DNA from: Macrostomum lignano
Lineage: Eukaryota
Direction: 5' to 3'
Assembly: GCA_002269645.1 (NCBI GenBank)
Contig: NIVC01002011.1
Location: forward strand, 124,001-188,000
DNA length: 64,000 nt
Shown: positions 13,774-24,600 of the stretch, piece after piece
How positions within the stretch are numbered: the stretch's first letter is position 1
Layout: each line of letters begins with the position of its first letter
Notes under the pieces: generated by a model
What the model saw: only the letters and a program-made list of their open reading frames with translations
Databases searched by the model: none
Told to the model about the DNA's origin: nothing
Made by a program: the position numbers and the translations under genes

Positions 13774-14378
13774 TATTATTATCATCAAGTAATATCAATT
13801 ATTTTTATTTTTATCATTATCATTATTATTATTACTATTACAGAATTATTATTAGGACAAAGAATTGTGATCCTTTGAAACTTTTATCTTCTCTTCTGTT
13901 TCCTCTCTTCTCAGTAGTATGCGAAAGGGGCAATCTAGGACAAAAATTATCGCAGCCTCCATAATGCACAAACGATTAACTTTATTCTTCCCAAATCGAT
14001 CAGGAAAAAGGGTACCTGCTCCTCACAAAACTATGTCTTCATATTCTAAATTCTCTACTTTTATTATTCCAGATCAGTTTGTGATTTGCATTCTGTGAGT
14101 ATAGTATTCTAGGACAAAAATTATCAGAGCCACAATAATAGCTTTATTATTCCCGAAGAAAAGGGTCTCTCCAAAAATTATTCTAACCTCTTCTAACTTA
14201 CTCTAACCTCTCTACATTTATTATGAAAAATATACGCAGCCTCATCAGTCTAGCACAAAATATCAGTCTCCTAAGGAGCCTCCCAGCCTTGCAAAAGTGT
14301 GCCAAGACAATCAAATTAGCGCCAATGCCCAAACCCAGGGTGCTCATCCTCCGAAAAAAAATTAAATTCTCAATAAAA

Positions 14379-14621
14379 ATGCTTCCAATCGTCTCTCCAG
14401 GTTCTTATTACAAAGCGCACGAGCCTAATTACAAGAGTAAGTACCGATGCAAACTAGAATGCAGCGAATACATGAGAAAATATTGGCCCGGCGTTGATAT
14501 CAATGTCTCTAATATTATTCTAGCTCTCTAAAGACACTGGTTTCTTAAGTATGGAGTAACTTACGTAAAAGATTACGACAGCTACTATAACTTTGCAGAA
14601 ATCATTAGGCAATTGCGTTAA
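14379..14621 (+). pseudogene. Unknown ~80-aa virus-associated small gene, copy A (internal TAA)
   Basis: MLPIVSPGSYYKAHEPNYKSKYRCKLECSEYMRKYWPGVDINVSNIILAL*RHWFLKYGVTYVKDYDSYYNFAEIIRQLR*, colinear with the intact copy at 16256. Confidence 0.7.
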
Positions 14622-14862
14622 AAATCTCAAGCCGAAACTCTCCATAAAATGTAGCGACCAAAAATTCTGCCACATGGGCGAGCAAAACTTCGAGGGATTT
14701 GGTCGCTACTCCCAGTATTGGTCGCTATTTTAGGGATTGGGAGAAGAATTCTATTTTTGCTCATGAAACATTATTGCGTGCTTGTGTGAAATTTTTTTCT
14801 TCTAGAATTTTCCCCATACTATATATTCAACGATTCCTCCTAGTCCTACCCAAACCGAAAAC

Positions 14863-15560
14863 ATGGCTGCAAAAAGAGCTTCGTCAATTCAACGCCTGTT
14901 GGTGAAAGTATCGAAAAAAGAGCCCGTTTCACTCGGCATGGCAGTGGCAACCCTTGCCGAAGATCACAAAAGCTTCTGGAAAAGACTATTTCACAACTGG
15001 GTAAATGCACAGAGAAGGAGATTCACAAAGAAAAGGAAGGAGGAAACAGCACTGCAAGACGCGTACAACAATTTTTGGCACGACCTTGTACAAAAGTTGA
15101 TGGTATTGAGCGCGAAGAAGTATTGATTAAAACGGTCTTTCGTGGTTGTAAAGACATCCTCAAAGAAGAACCGGAGAACACTGAAGTAGCCAAATTATTT
15201 GCGAATTGGAGAAACTGGAAAAAATTGTTGCTGACGTTGATATTCTGAAGAAAATCGCACAATATCAACAAGAAAGCGTCCTTAACATCCTGGATAGCCG
15301 ATGCAATCGACAAGATGTTGAGGAAATGACACATTTTACCCCCGCTTATATCAACAAACTGCTTCGATTATTCAAATTTGCAAACGACTACCCGCTGCTG
15401 CTCTACACTGGGTACTCGTTCGAGACTGATGCATCATAAGAAGCATATCGAAGATGAAATGGATGAGACGAAAACTTCCGGTGCAAGCTGGCTGTAAAGC
15501 CAACAGTATTCTACGAATATGAAACTGAGGCGGCGCTGTGTGAGAAGATGGAAGAAGATC
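14863..15560 (+). pseudogene. Frameshifted helical, Lys/Glu-rich hypothetical gene (probably viral)
   Basis: ORF pieces 14863-15126 and 15206-15439 in different frames read as one continuous protein-like sequence. No family recognised. Confidence 0.4.
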
Positions 15561-16255
15561 TGCTCGGTGGTAATCAGTGATTGTGTGTGCGAAGCTGACC
15601 TAAATTAGAAACTTCCAAAAAATTTTCTGGCTGCCGCTCGTACCATTTTTTGCTAATTGCTTTTTTCCGGTTTTATATTTCTGTATTTTCAATATCAACT
15701 CAAATACACTAGACTTCCCTATCGAGTGAATATTCATTCGATAGAAAAAATCCACTACTAAAACAAACTAGACTTCAATATCGAGTGAATATTCATTCGA
15801 TAGGAAAAATAGTAGAATGCATGAGGGGGCTTTTGGGACAAATTTTTAACGTCCTCCAATTTAACTGACGTTTTTAACTGAATTTTTAACTGACCCTCGT
15901 AATCCCATTAAATCGATCCCAGACAGAATCAGAAAAAAGGGGGGTCGCACTTGCTCCGAAAAATTCGAACATAATCCTCCTAAAACCATCCATATTATCC
16001 CTGACAGAATCAGATGAGGGCCGCACTCGCTCACAAAACGTCATCCATAATCCTCCTAAATCCATCTATATTATCCCTTACAGAATCAGAGCATAACAGG
16101 TGTCCTACATAATCTGTCCATACCATCTTCGAAACAATCAGAAAATAATTTGCATTCTCCCCACATTCAATTCGCAATGCGAAACCACATCCTCAAGACT
16201 TTAAATCATCAGCGCAGGGTTCTTACCCTTTGAAAAATCTAAATTTTCTCTAAAA

Positions 16256-16492
16256 ATGCTTCCAATCGTCTCTCCAGGTTCCTATTATAATCAGCCTCAT
16301 TCATTGTACAAATCCAAGTACCAGTGCAAGAAGGAATGCACTCTCTACATGCAAAATTTCAGGCCTGGTGTTGATATTAACGTTCAAAATATTAATAAAG
16401 CACTTGAATCTCACTGGTTTGAAAAACACAGAGTAGTCACTAACGATTTTGACAGCTATTATAACTTTGCTGAATTTATAAGGCAGTTGTAG
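16256..16492 (+). CDS. Unknown 78-aa virus-associated small protein, copy B (intact ORF)
   Basis: AAAATG start. The protein pattern is conserved with copies A and C (MLPIVSPGSYY, CK.EC, PGVDINV, DSYYNFAE.IRQL) despite divergent DNA. Confidence 0.65.
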   Translation: MLPIVSPGSYYNQPHSLYKSKYQCKKECTLYMQNFRPGVDINVQNINKALESHWFEKHRVVTNDFDSYYNFAEFIRQL

Positions 16493-16553
16493 TAGCAAAC
16501 TAAAAGGATGTACCTGGCGGCTTATATCGTAATTTTACAAGCCCGAAGACGAC

Positions 16554-16754
16554 TCACATTCTCTCAATAATAATTGTTAGCACAAAGTCTTCCCCATTAA
16601 AATCGACACCAACTCCATCCTCTGTCTCAAACTGCAGAACGATTTCATGTATCTCTCTATTACTCAGAATCACTCTTTTCACGGGGTTTGGCTTTTGCAC
16701 AAGCATTTGGCCACCAGCAACAGAGTTTGAAATGTTAAAAAGTATGTTGGTCAT
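16554..16754 (-). pseudogene. Polinton-type minor capsid (penton) C-terminal fragment, copy 1
   Basis: ...GQMLVQKPNPVKRVILSNREIHEIVLQFETEDGVGVDFNGEDFVLTIIIERM* matches the I..I.I...D..G..VDFNGE...L.I pattern. It is 5'-truncated at a duplication junction. Confidence 0.65.
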
Positions 16755-16803
16755 CAGCGCAGGGTCCTTACCCTTGGAAAAAATCTAAATTTTCTCTAAA
16801 AAA

Positions 16804-17039
16804 ATTTCTAATCGTCTCTCCAGGTTCCTATTACAAAGAGCACGAGCCTAATTACAAGAGTAAGTACCGATGCAAACTAGAATGCAGCGAATACATGAGA
16901 AAATATTGGCCCGGCGTTGATATCAATGTCCCTAATATTATTCTAGCTCTCTAAAAACTGGTTTCTTAAGTATGGAGTAACCTACGTAAAAGATTACGAC
17001 AGCTACTATAACTTAGCAGAAATCATTAGGCAATTGTAA
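16804..17039 (+). pseudogene. Unknown small gene, copy C (start lost, same TAA as copy A, 2-nt deletion)
   Basis: The coding DNA is nearly identical to copy A, while the upstream sequence is nearly identical to copy B. Confidence 0.7.
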
Positions 17040-17049
17040 TTTTTTCTCA

Positions 17050-17245
17050 TATTCTCCCAATGATTAACGTCAATACAAACTCTTCACTGTTGAAAATAAC
17101 ACCCACCCCATCTTCAGTCTCAAACTGTAGCACAATCTCGTGAATCTCCTTATTACTCAATACAACTCTTTTCACTGGATTTGGTTTCTCTACTAGCATC
17201 TGTCCTCCAGCTACAGAGTTGGCTTTTAGTAAAGACGTTTTCTAG
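17050..17245 (-). pseudogene. Polinton-type minor capsid C-terminal fragment, copy 2
   Basis: KANSVAGGQMLVEKPNPVKRVVLSNKEIHEIVLQFETEDGVGVIFNSEEFVLTLIIGRI*. Confidence 0.65.
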
Positions 17246-17807
17246 AAAATCAAAACAGATTGAGGAAGTAAAACAGAAAGGAATTTATGATTTAAGAGAG
17301 AATTATTTTGAGAGCTCATTCTACAAATTGCAAAAATAACAGTGAATTTGAAGAGAAGGAAGAGGATTATTACTTAAGAATAATAGCTCTTGAGAGCGAA
17401 AAGGAGGATTAAAAAACTACTTATAGTAAATGATGAGTGTTTTAATGCGTCAAATATCTGTCAGTCTGACGGAAATTTGCAGAAACGCGGTAAATTTTCG
17501 ACAGCCAGTTAGAATTCTGACAGAAAGGATTGCATTCCTTTGTGTGGCTGCCCTCACCCCTTTGTACACCAAATTTCGTCCCTCCGTACAATCTCTATTG
17601 TTCTCAAAAGGGGAAGCTATGTTTCTGCAGCCATATATATTGGGTAGATTTTTTTAATCACTCAGCTTTCGCTGCGCTTCTCACAAAAAATTCACTGAAA
17701 AATGTCTGGCCTTGCCACAGTTAGAGCTAGGCGAGCTACGGCGCAGATGACAGCTGCGCTTTATAGAAATGTCTTAGCAGCCCTAAAGCCCGAAACTATT
17801 TTATAAA

Positions 17808-18086
17808 ATGGACGACCAGGTTCTCCTAGACACTTCAAAAGTGCTAAAGAAGACCGAAAGATTCATCCAAAATTTAAGACGATTTAAACAACAACTATCA
17901 CGCCAAAGAAACTATGACGAGCAAGAAGCAGTCACTCTGCAGACTTGCAACATCCGCAACATTGAGTTGTCACTACCACCGCCACCATACCAAGAAGTTC
18001 AACCTCAAGCTCAACCTCAAGCTCAACCTGAAGCTCAAGCACAACCTCAAGGCAACCGACTGTCGCGACTTTCCCAGCGAACCTAA
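17808..18086 (+). CDS. Hypothetical 92-aa protein with PPPPY motif and QPQA repeats
   Basis: TATAAAATG start context like the neighbouring viral ORFs. No homology recognised. Confidence 0.4.
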   Translation: MDDQVLLDTSKVLKKTERFIQNLRRFKQQLSRQRNYDEQEAVTLQTCNIRNIELSLPPPPYQEVQPQAQPQAQPEAQAQPQGNRLSRLSQRT

Positions 18087-18489
18087 AAAAGCGCGCGACA
18101 AAAAATCAATGAACTGGCTTATTATTCTACTTTAAGATTACAGTCTACTATAGGATTGTGTTTTCACACAAAAAATACAAATACCAACTTTTTGAAAACA
18201 CGTTGACTGGCTTGAGTCACTTTTACCATCTTTGGATTGAAAATATTTTTTGTCGTCAATTTTTTCATTATAAAAATGCCAATGATTTTTGAAGCAGAAT
18301 AAAAAAACATTTTAGATATGAAGGAGAAGGAATTCTAGATTTCTAAACTTCTGCAGAAAATTTAGTTAAAGATAATCTACCTCTAATAGCTCAAGCTGGT
18401 TCAGGTGCTGGATTAATTGCAACACTGTTAATGGGTCAATAGATGCTGCAAAATCTGCAAACGGTGCAAATAGTTGTTGTGAACCGCTT

Positions 18490-19310
18490 TGTTTTAATAA
18501 CTGTCGAAATCTTTTTGCTCAACAGAAACTGTCGGAAAACTGTCTCAAATACTGGGAAATGCATTGTCAATGTACGCAGTCTCTTTTTGGCGCGTGCAAT
18601 ACAAACCCCCCTCCTGGTTCTCTCTTCCAAACACCCGCCAATCCAAAAAATGAGCTGAATTTTCTTGCTTGAATCATTCTGCTCTCTCAACCCCCAGCTC
18701 TTTCAGCAGTCTTCCAAGTTCTTTATTAGGAGCATGCAATACAAAACCCACAATACAATACAATACAATTACCCTCTCGTGGCTGCAACTGATGCTGTAA
18801 GAAAAGCACTGTATAGGTCCGTAGACATTTTTGTGCCGTCAAGACATTTATGGGCGGTTTCTGTAATAGTTTTAATCGACTGACAAGCAATTTTAGCTAC
18901 ACATTTAGACTGACTAGAGATGATCGGAACAGAGGAATTTGGTCAGGGGCTAATCATACATCGATGGAGATTAAGCTAACTGGCGTAAAGCTGTACTTAG
19001 AAATTATTGAGCCCAAGACTGCACTCAAAGCTGAATACTTGAGGGCGATTGAGAAAGACATTGATGTTGCTTATACAGCTTATATGTGCAGAGATGAGCG
19101 GAATGATTCTACACAATATCTGCATTAAAGAGGGTTCCTGTAGCAATCCAAGGTACATTATCGTCACTTTGAGGAATTCGAATTGCATAGGACGCTACGA
19201 ACACGAAAGCGTTTGATCAGTCCAGCATGAAATCAGTGATAATCTTTACCCTGCATTGCCACAAAATGGGAATTTCTCGGAAAACAAGATTAGTAAGTTT
19301 TCACGTGAAC
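18490..19310 (+). pseudogene. Polinton-type major capsid protein (double jelly-roll) relic, frameshifted
   Basis: Ordered motifs: IFVPSRHL/GFCNSFNRL..NFSYTFRLTRD, EIKLTGVKLYLEIIEP...EYLRAIEKDIDVAYTAY, NPRYIIVTL, NLYPALPQNGNFSENKISKF. These match the remembered Polinton MCP pattern IPL..IFGFC...PRYII...YP...F..N. Confidence 0.7.
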
Positions 19311-19339
19311 TAGGAATTTCGTGAACAAAGGCACTGCTT

Positions 19340-20064
19340 TGAAGCAAATTCTTTCGCGTATGATTGCCAAGCATGGGCTGTCATTCTTGCTAATGGTGAC
19401 TTCCAAGAACATTTGATTGGGATGGGAGGCTTGTGGTTTTCACCTGCCTGCCTCGCATGAAATCATCAAGGCTTATATAATGGATTATGCTTAAGTAATT
19501 GAAGGCAGAATCCAAGATGATCTTCTACAACTGAGGAGTGCTGGTGAGCACTTTCTTTGACACTGGATGAGTGGATGGGCCTTAATAGCAATAGGTAGCT
19601 ACGTGAACATTAATGTTCACATGCCTGATCAAAAGTTTCACAACTTAGGCCTTGTTCGTATCAAAGGCTCTTTCTCTGCTAAGGCACTAACAGCACTGGT
19701 CTCTGAGCAGCTAAAACGTTTTGGGTTGCACCTCCACAATGACATCATATGCTACACCACCAATAGTACAACGATTATGGTAAAATTTGGAAAGCTTATT
19801 GATTGCGAGCAGCAATTTTGCATTGCCCATGGTGTTTACCTGGCTATCTGCAATATAATTTATATTACTTTGTCTACAGCCGTGATTGAGAATGAGGCGC
19901 TAGAGGATCAAGCTACAGCTATTGAGAATCAAGGTGGTATTGACTCTGACTCCAATGATGAGATGATGCTGATGAAACTCAGTTGCAGGCTAATAATGAA
20001 GTACAGTGGCACATCCAGGCTAAACAAGTTGCTTCTATGCGGCCTGCTGTACAAAGCACTATGA
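19340..20064 (+). pseudogene. hAT transposase relic (catalytic core, N-terminal part)
   Basis: SLTLDEW..., YVNINVH...LGLVRIKGSFSAKAL...LKRFGL...DIICYTTNSTTIMVKFGKL...QQFCIAHGVYLAIC (degenerate TTDGAS and CxAH motifs), with frameshifts and stops. Confidence 0.85.
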
Positions 20065-21309
20065 AGATAGTGCAAGGTGTAGTGGAAATATTCTAACACA
20101 AGCCAGTTTAAAATGATGTGCCAAATTTTTATGTACTCTTATGAATTTACATAAAAAGTTTCATCAAAAAACAGTTTATAAACAACTATTACATGTTTAC
20201 TGTCCTAAGACTAGAATTATCATTAAAAATGATTCATTAAAAATTTAAAAAAAACTTTTTATACAGGTTCAAATTTGCAAAAAGAACTTTTCATTTTTAC
20301 ATTTTACTTCAATTTCAAATTCTAGCAAAACTCTGCATAACTTTGAAAAGCTACAACTTTTTTGTATTGCTGCAAATAGCTTTAGTTTAGTCTCATATTA
20401 AAGATATAACTCTTTATTTTCTAAAGTCTAAGCTCTTTACTATAGCTTAAAAGCTTTTCAATTTACATGCCATATTCAGGAAAACATACATCATGCCAAA
20501 AAATTCTGGCATGCATTTAGTTCAGCAAAAAATGTGTGTGCATTGATATGCATTTTGGTTTGGCAAAAAAATTGGCATGTATTGACATGCATTTGGATAT
20601 GTGGTATACTGGCATGTTATGCTATAGAATAGTTTGATGACATAAAATGTGGTGTGGTATGATCATCATTTTAGGTTTTTGAAAATACTTATAATCTATT
20701 TCATCTTATTTATTTTTACTAGAAAAGAGAAAAGTATATAATTCAATGCTTATTCCTAAATGTTATAATTTTTTAAGCTTTGTTTTTTCTTATGCATTTT
20801 TTACATATAATGTTTGAATGTATTTTTTTGCTTTTGTTTGTAAGCCTATTGTTAATTATTGTCAATGACATGCATGATATGTAGTAAGCAATAATGAAAT
20901 GCAATAGGTATGCAAACAAACTCTCTAGTATACATTCCAGTATGCATCTAACATGATCCTGAGTATGTCTAGTATGCATTTGAATTTGTCATTTTTTCAC
21001 TTTTCTACACACCTTATGGAGAAAAAATAGCTTACTAGACATTCTAATTAGCATGCTGCCACTCACAACAAAATTTTTTGCACAGGGGAAAAAAATTTGT
21101 GCAGATAAAAACCTAAGCTGATTGTTATTAGTAAAATGAAGAAACAAATAAAGAAATTCAATCCAGCATCCTTTTTCTTGTTCTAATTTTTTCTTAGTAA
21201 CAACTTTCAAAACTTTTAAATCCCTAAAAATCTTTTCTAAATGAATCAAATGATAGATCAAATGCTTTTTAATGCTTGAAAATTAACAAAATAGTATGAA
21301 AATAGGGGT

Positions 21310-21610
21310 CTATGAGAATTTCCCGCAGGAATTTTTCCTGCCGAGCTTTCCTACACAAGTTTTGCCTGCATGAGATTTTCCCACAGCAAGTTTTTCCGGC
21401 AACAAAAATTTGCCACAGGAACTTTCCCTGCACAAGATTCTCCCGCAGCAAGTTTTTATTGTAGCAAGAGTTCCCGCAGGAAATTTTCCTGTCGAGATTT
21501 TCCTGCCGAGCTTTTACTGCCGAGATTTTCTTTGTCGAAGATTTTCTTGCCGAAAGTTTCAAAAACTTTTTCCAGCAGAAAGATTTTCCTGCAAGAAATT
21601 TCTTGTGACT
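21310..21610. repeat. Degenerate ~15-bp minisatellite (GAGATTTTCCTGCC-like), ~20 units
   Basis: Recurrent TTT(T)CC(T/C)GC(A/C) cores at ~15-bp spacing. Confidence 0.75.
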
Positions 21611-24600
21611 GTCTGTTTACCTTAAGAAAGAAATTATAAGGAAAGCTATTAGCAGAAATGCGATTTTCTTTGATAAATTTAACACAGGCAGCCAGCCAGG
21701 CAAATTCTTGTGCTCCCTAAAATAGTATGTTTAATTTTAAGTACAAACAAATAGCAGCCATAATTGACAAATGAAATATCAAAGTATAATCATTTGAAGT
21801 AGAATTGAACATTTTGCTATTGCTAGATTGTCAACAATCCAAAAAAGTCTGATTTGTGCAGAAATTTAGGATCTTGCATATTATTTATGCATTGCACAAA
21901 ATTTGTGCAGCTATGGTAAGAGGGTCCAATGCAAAAAAAATTTTAAATCCAAATTTTTCACCATGTCATGTTACAGCCCTGGATGATATGAGTGAAATGA
22001 CACTAGACTTTTGAAAATTATTTAGTAATAAAAAGTTATAAAGTTTTTCATTTCAAAAAATGTTGTTTTTTCCTATCTCAAATACACTAAAAACTGTGCC
22101 ATTTTTAGGCAAAAAGCATTTTTTGCAGTAAAATGTCTGTAACTTTTTTATTTTATATCCACTTTTAGTGTTTTAAGTGTTATTTTATAAATTTTTGTTG
22201 CCACAACATTTTCTGATATTTTATATTTATATATACTGTTTTATATATGCAGATATCTAGGGATTAGGACTAAAAAATTTTTTTTTGTGGTATACTTTCT
22301 ACTTACCTTATTTTAAATTACTTTCATGTCAAAGCAATACTTGTATACTGTAGTTAGTAAGATTTTTTACTTCCTACTGTAAGTAGTATGTAAATGGTTG
22401 ACCATTATTTCCATGAAAATGGGTCTTCCAAAGTACCACTCTGGATATCTATGTTGTCTAAAAATCTATATAGCTCCTGTCAATATTAATCTTAACTATC
22501 TTCATGCTAGAGTCATTCAAAACATTTTTGTAGTCTATCTGATAACTAATGAATTAAAGCTTTACTAAGTAATATGTCACTAACTCATGTACCTTATGTT
22601 TGAAAAGCCCATGCCCAAATTCAGCAATTGAATCTATCTTCATAGTTTACCTGTATCATTTGATTCATTTACTTGTTCACTGTGTCCACTTTTTAGCACA
22701 ATAGCTTTTCATGGTACTCCAATCAATTTGTCTGCTACCAATTCATCTGTAGTTCATTTGTCAACAAATATCTGAATAAGCATTTTGTCTGCTATGCTGG
22801 CTTTCTCATTGTACTATGAGTCTACTACAGTATTACAACTGCAGTTACTAACAGTCAAGCCAATCAGGCATGATCAAGACAATGTTACAGAGTGGGTTTT
22901 AGGGCCTTGACACAAATATAGGTTGCACCATCAGCAGTATCCAGGGTGTCAGCTGCATCAGCCAGCAGGCAGTCAACAAAATGTGAGTGTGTGTCTTTCT
23001 TCTCCAGTATTAAGATACCTGTAGCATTAGCAACATCTGCACCAGCTGCCGGCAGTACAAATCAGCTTGGATGACATGTCCTGGCAGCTGGAGACTCAAG
23101 TCACCAACTGCGCAACAGTTTGCTAGGACAAGACATCAGTTTGGCAATAGAGTATTGGATTGGTAACTTGCTCATAGCCAATCTAACAATCTTAAGGGCA
23201 ATACATAGTGTGATTACATTTTGTATGTACATGTACATGTATGAGAGTATGACAATCAATTTGTCTGCTCCTATATCCCCATCCCACTTTATCTGCAAGT
23301 AGCCAAATCAACTGAGAACCTTTTTAGTCAGCTCAGCTTTTACTTAGCTAGTACATTTTAATGCTTTTAATTAGCTTGGCAGAATGTCTTAGTCTGTCTA
23401 CAGACACTAAACCAAATGTACTTTATAACTTTATAATCTGTGGCTGTAGGAAGCAATAATGAAAGTGAAGGAAAAGGTGCGAGACTTGCTGAGGTTGAAT
23501 GTGTGCCAGGAAGCTGCTGGCAAGCAGAGTCTTTAGGTTATCTACATGGACCAAGCATTTGTCTTTCTTGCAGTGGTCCCAGCTGCAATTGTGCCAGAGT
23601 CAACTTTTAAATACTAGTTTGCTAACATTTCTCTGCTGCTACTGTTGCCTGCTCCCTTTAAGAGGAGAGGGACACCTATGCAAGCCTTTGAGAAGCTGTG
23701 TGCAGCTTGGGGCCCAGCTAAAATGATAGAGGTGACTATATAGTAGCACAAAGCAGCACAAAAGCTTGTCAAATGCTCATAGCAGATATTGTAGGTGTAA
23801 TGTGTATGGGATCTGCAAGATTGGCAGATAAAAGATGGATTATTGAGAAATGCATAAAAGATAAAATACATTGTAAGTCCTACTATCCATTTTTGAAGAA
23901 AAAATTGCATACATGACTTCTTTTTGAATGTAAAACCCCTCAATATACATTTTTCCTATAGTGTATTTTGCATGCACACCTATGCCAATTATGCTTAATA
24001 ACTTTGGTGGCAAAAGTTATCAGGATTTGCCTTTATGACAAAGAGTTTGGCCTATTTTGTTATCATTTTATCAAAGAAACTAACTGGCTCTTATTTTGAG
24101 CTTCAAAAAATTCCCCATTTTTTTATGTCTCTTATGGGGATTTGCATTCATTTTGACAATTTCTATTAAATATATTGTAGCAAGAGTTACAATCATCCTA
24201 TTTTGTCTAAAAGTTTCATTTTTGTCACTAGAAGTAAATAGCAAAAAGAATCAGGGTGGCCCCTTTTTCCATTCAAAAGTTATGGCCATTTTAAATTTTA
24301 TATGTATATGTATATATATATTTTTAAATAAAAAATTCACTTAAAATGATCTCCAGGAAGTTACCTATACCTACACTCAGTGTGCAAGCATTCTTAACAG
24401 TTATGCACTCATTTGCTAAAAAAACAAATCCTCCCAAACCTATATTTTCATGCACATTTAGCACAGTTTTGAAAATTTACAAAAATTTATATAATGTTTG
24501 ACAGTCTGTATCTTTGTAATCATGTCCTAAACATAATAACTATATGTCATTTGAAAGATATATTTGTCTATTTTTCAACAAACATAAGAATGTAGCCAAT

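Larger units (their letters stand above)
13950..19310. mobile_element. Decayed Polinton/Maverick-like (adintovirus-like) endogenous element: capsid fragments plus unknown small genes
   Basis: MCP-like and minor-capsid-like fragments, and intronless ORFs with AAAATG starts. No pPolB, integrase, ATPase or protease was recognised in the window. Boundaries are approximate. Confidence 0.7.

Noticed and set aside
14529-14531. Stop-codon reassignment or readthrough to explain the shared TAA in copies A and C
   Set aside because: It is a single site, and copy C has other lesions. Duplication after one nonsense mutation is simpler.
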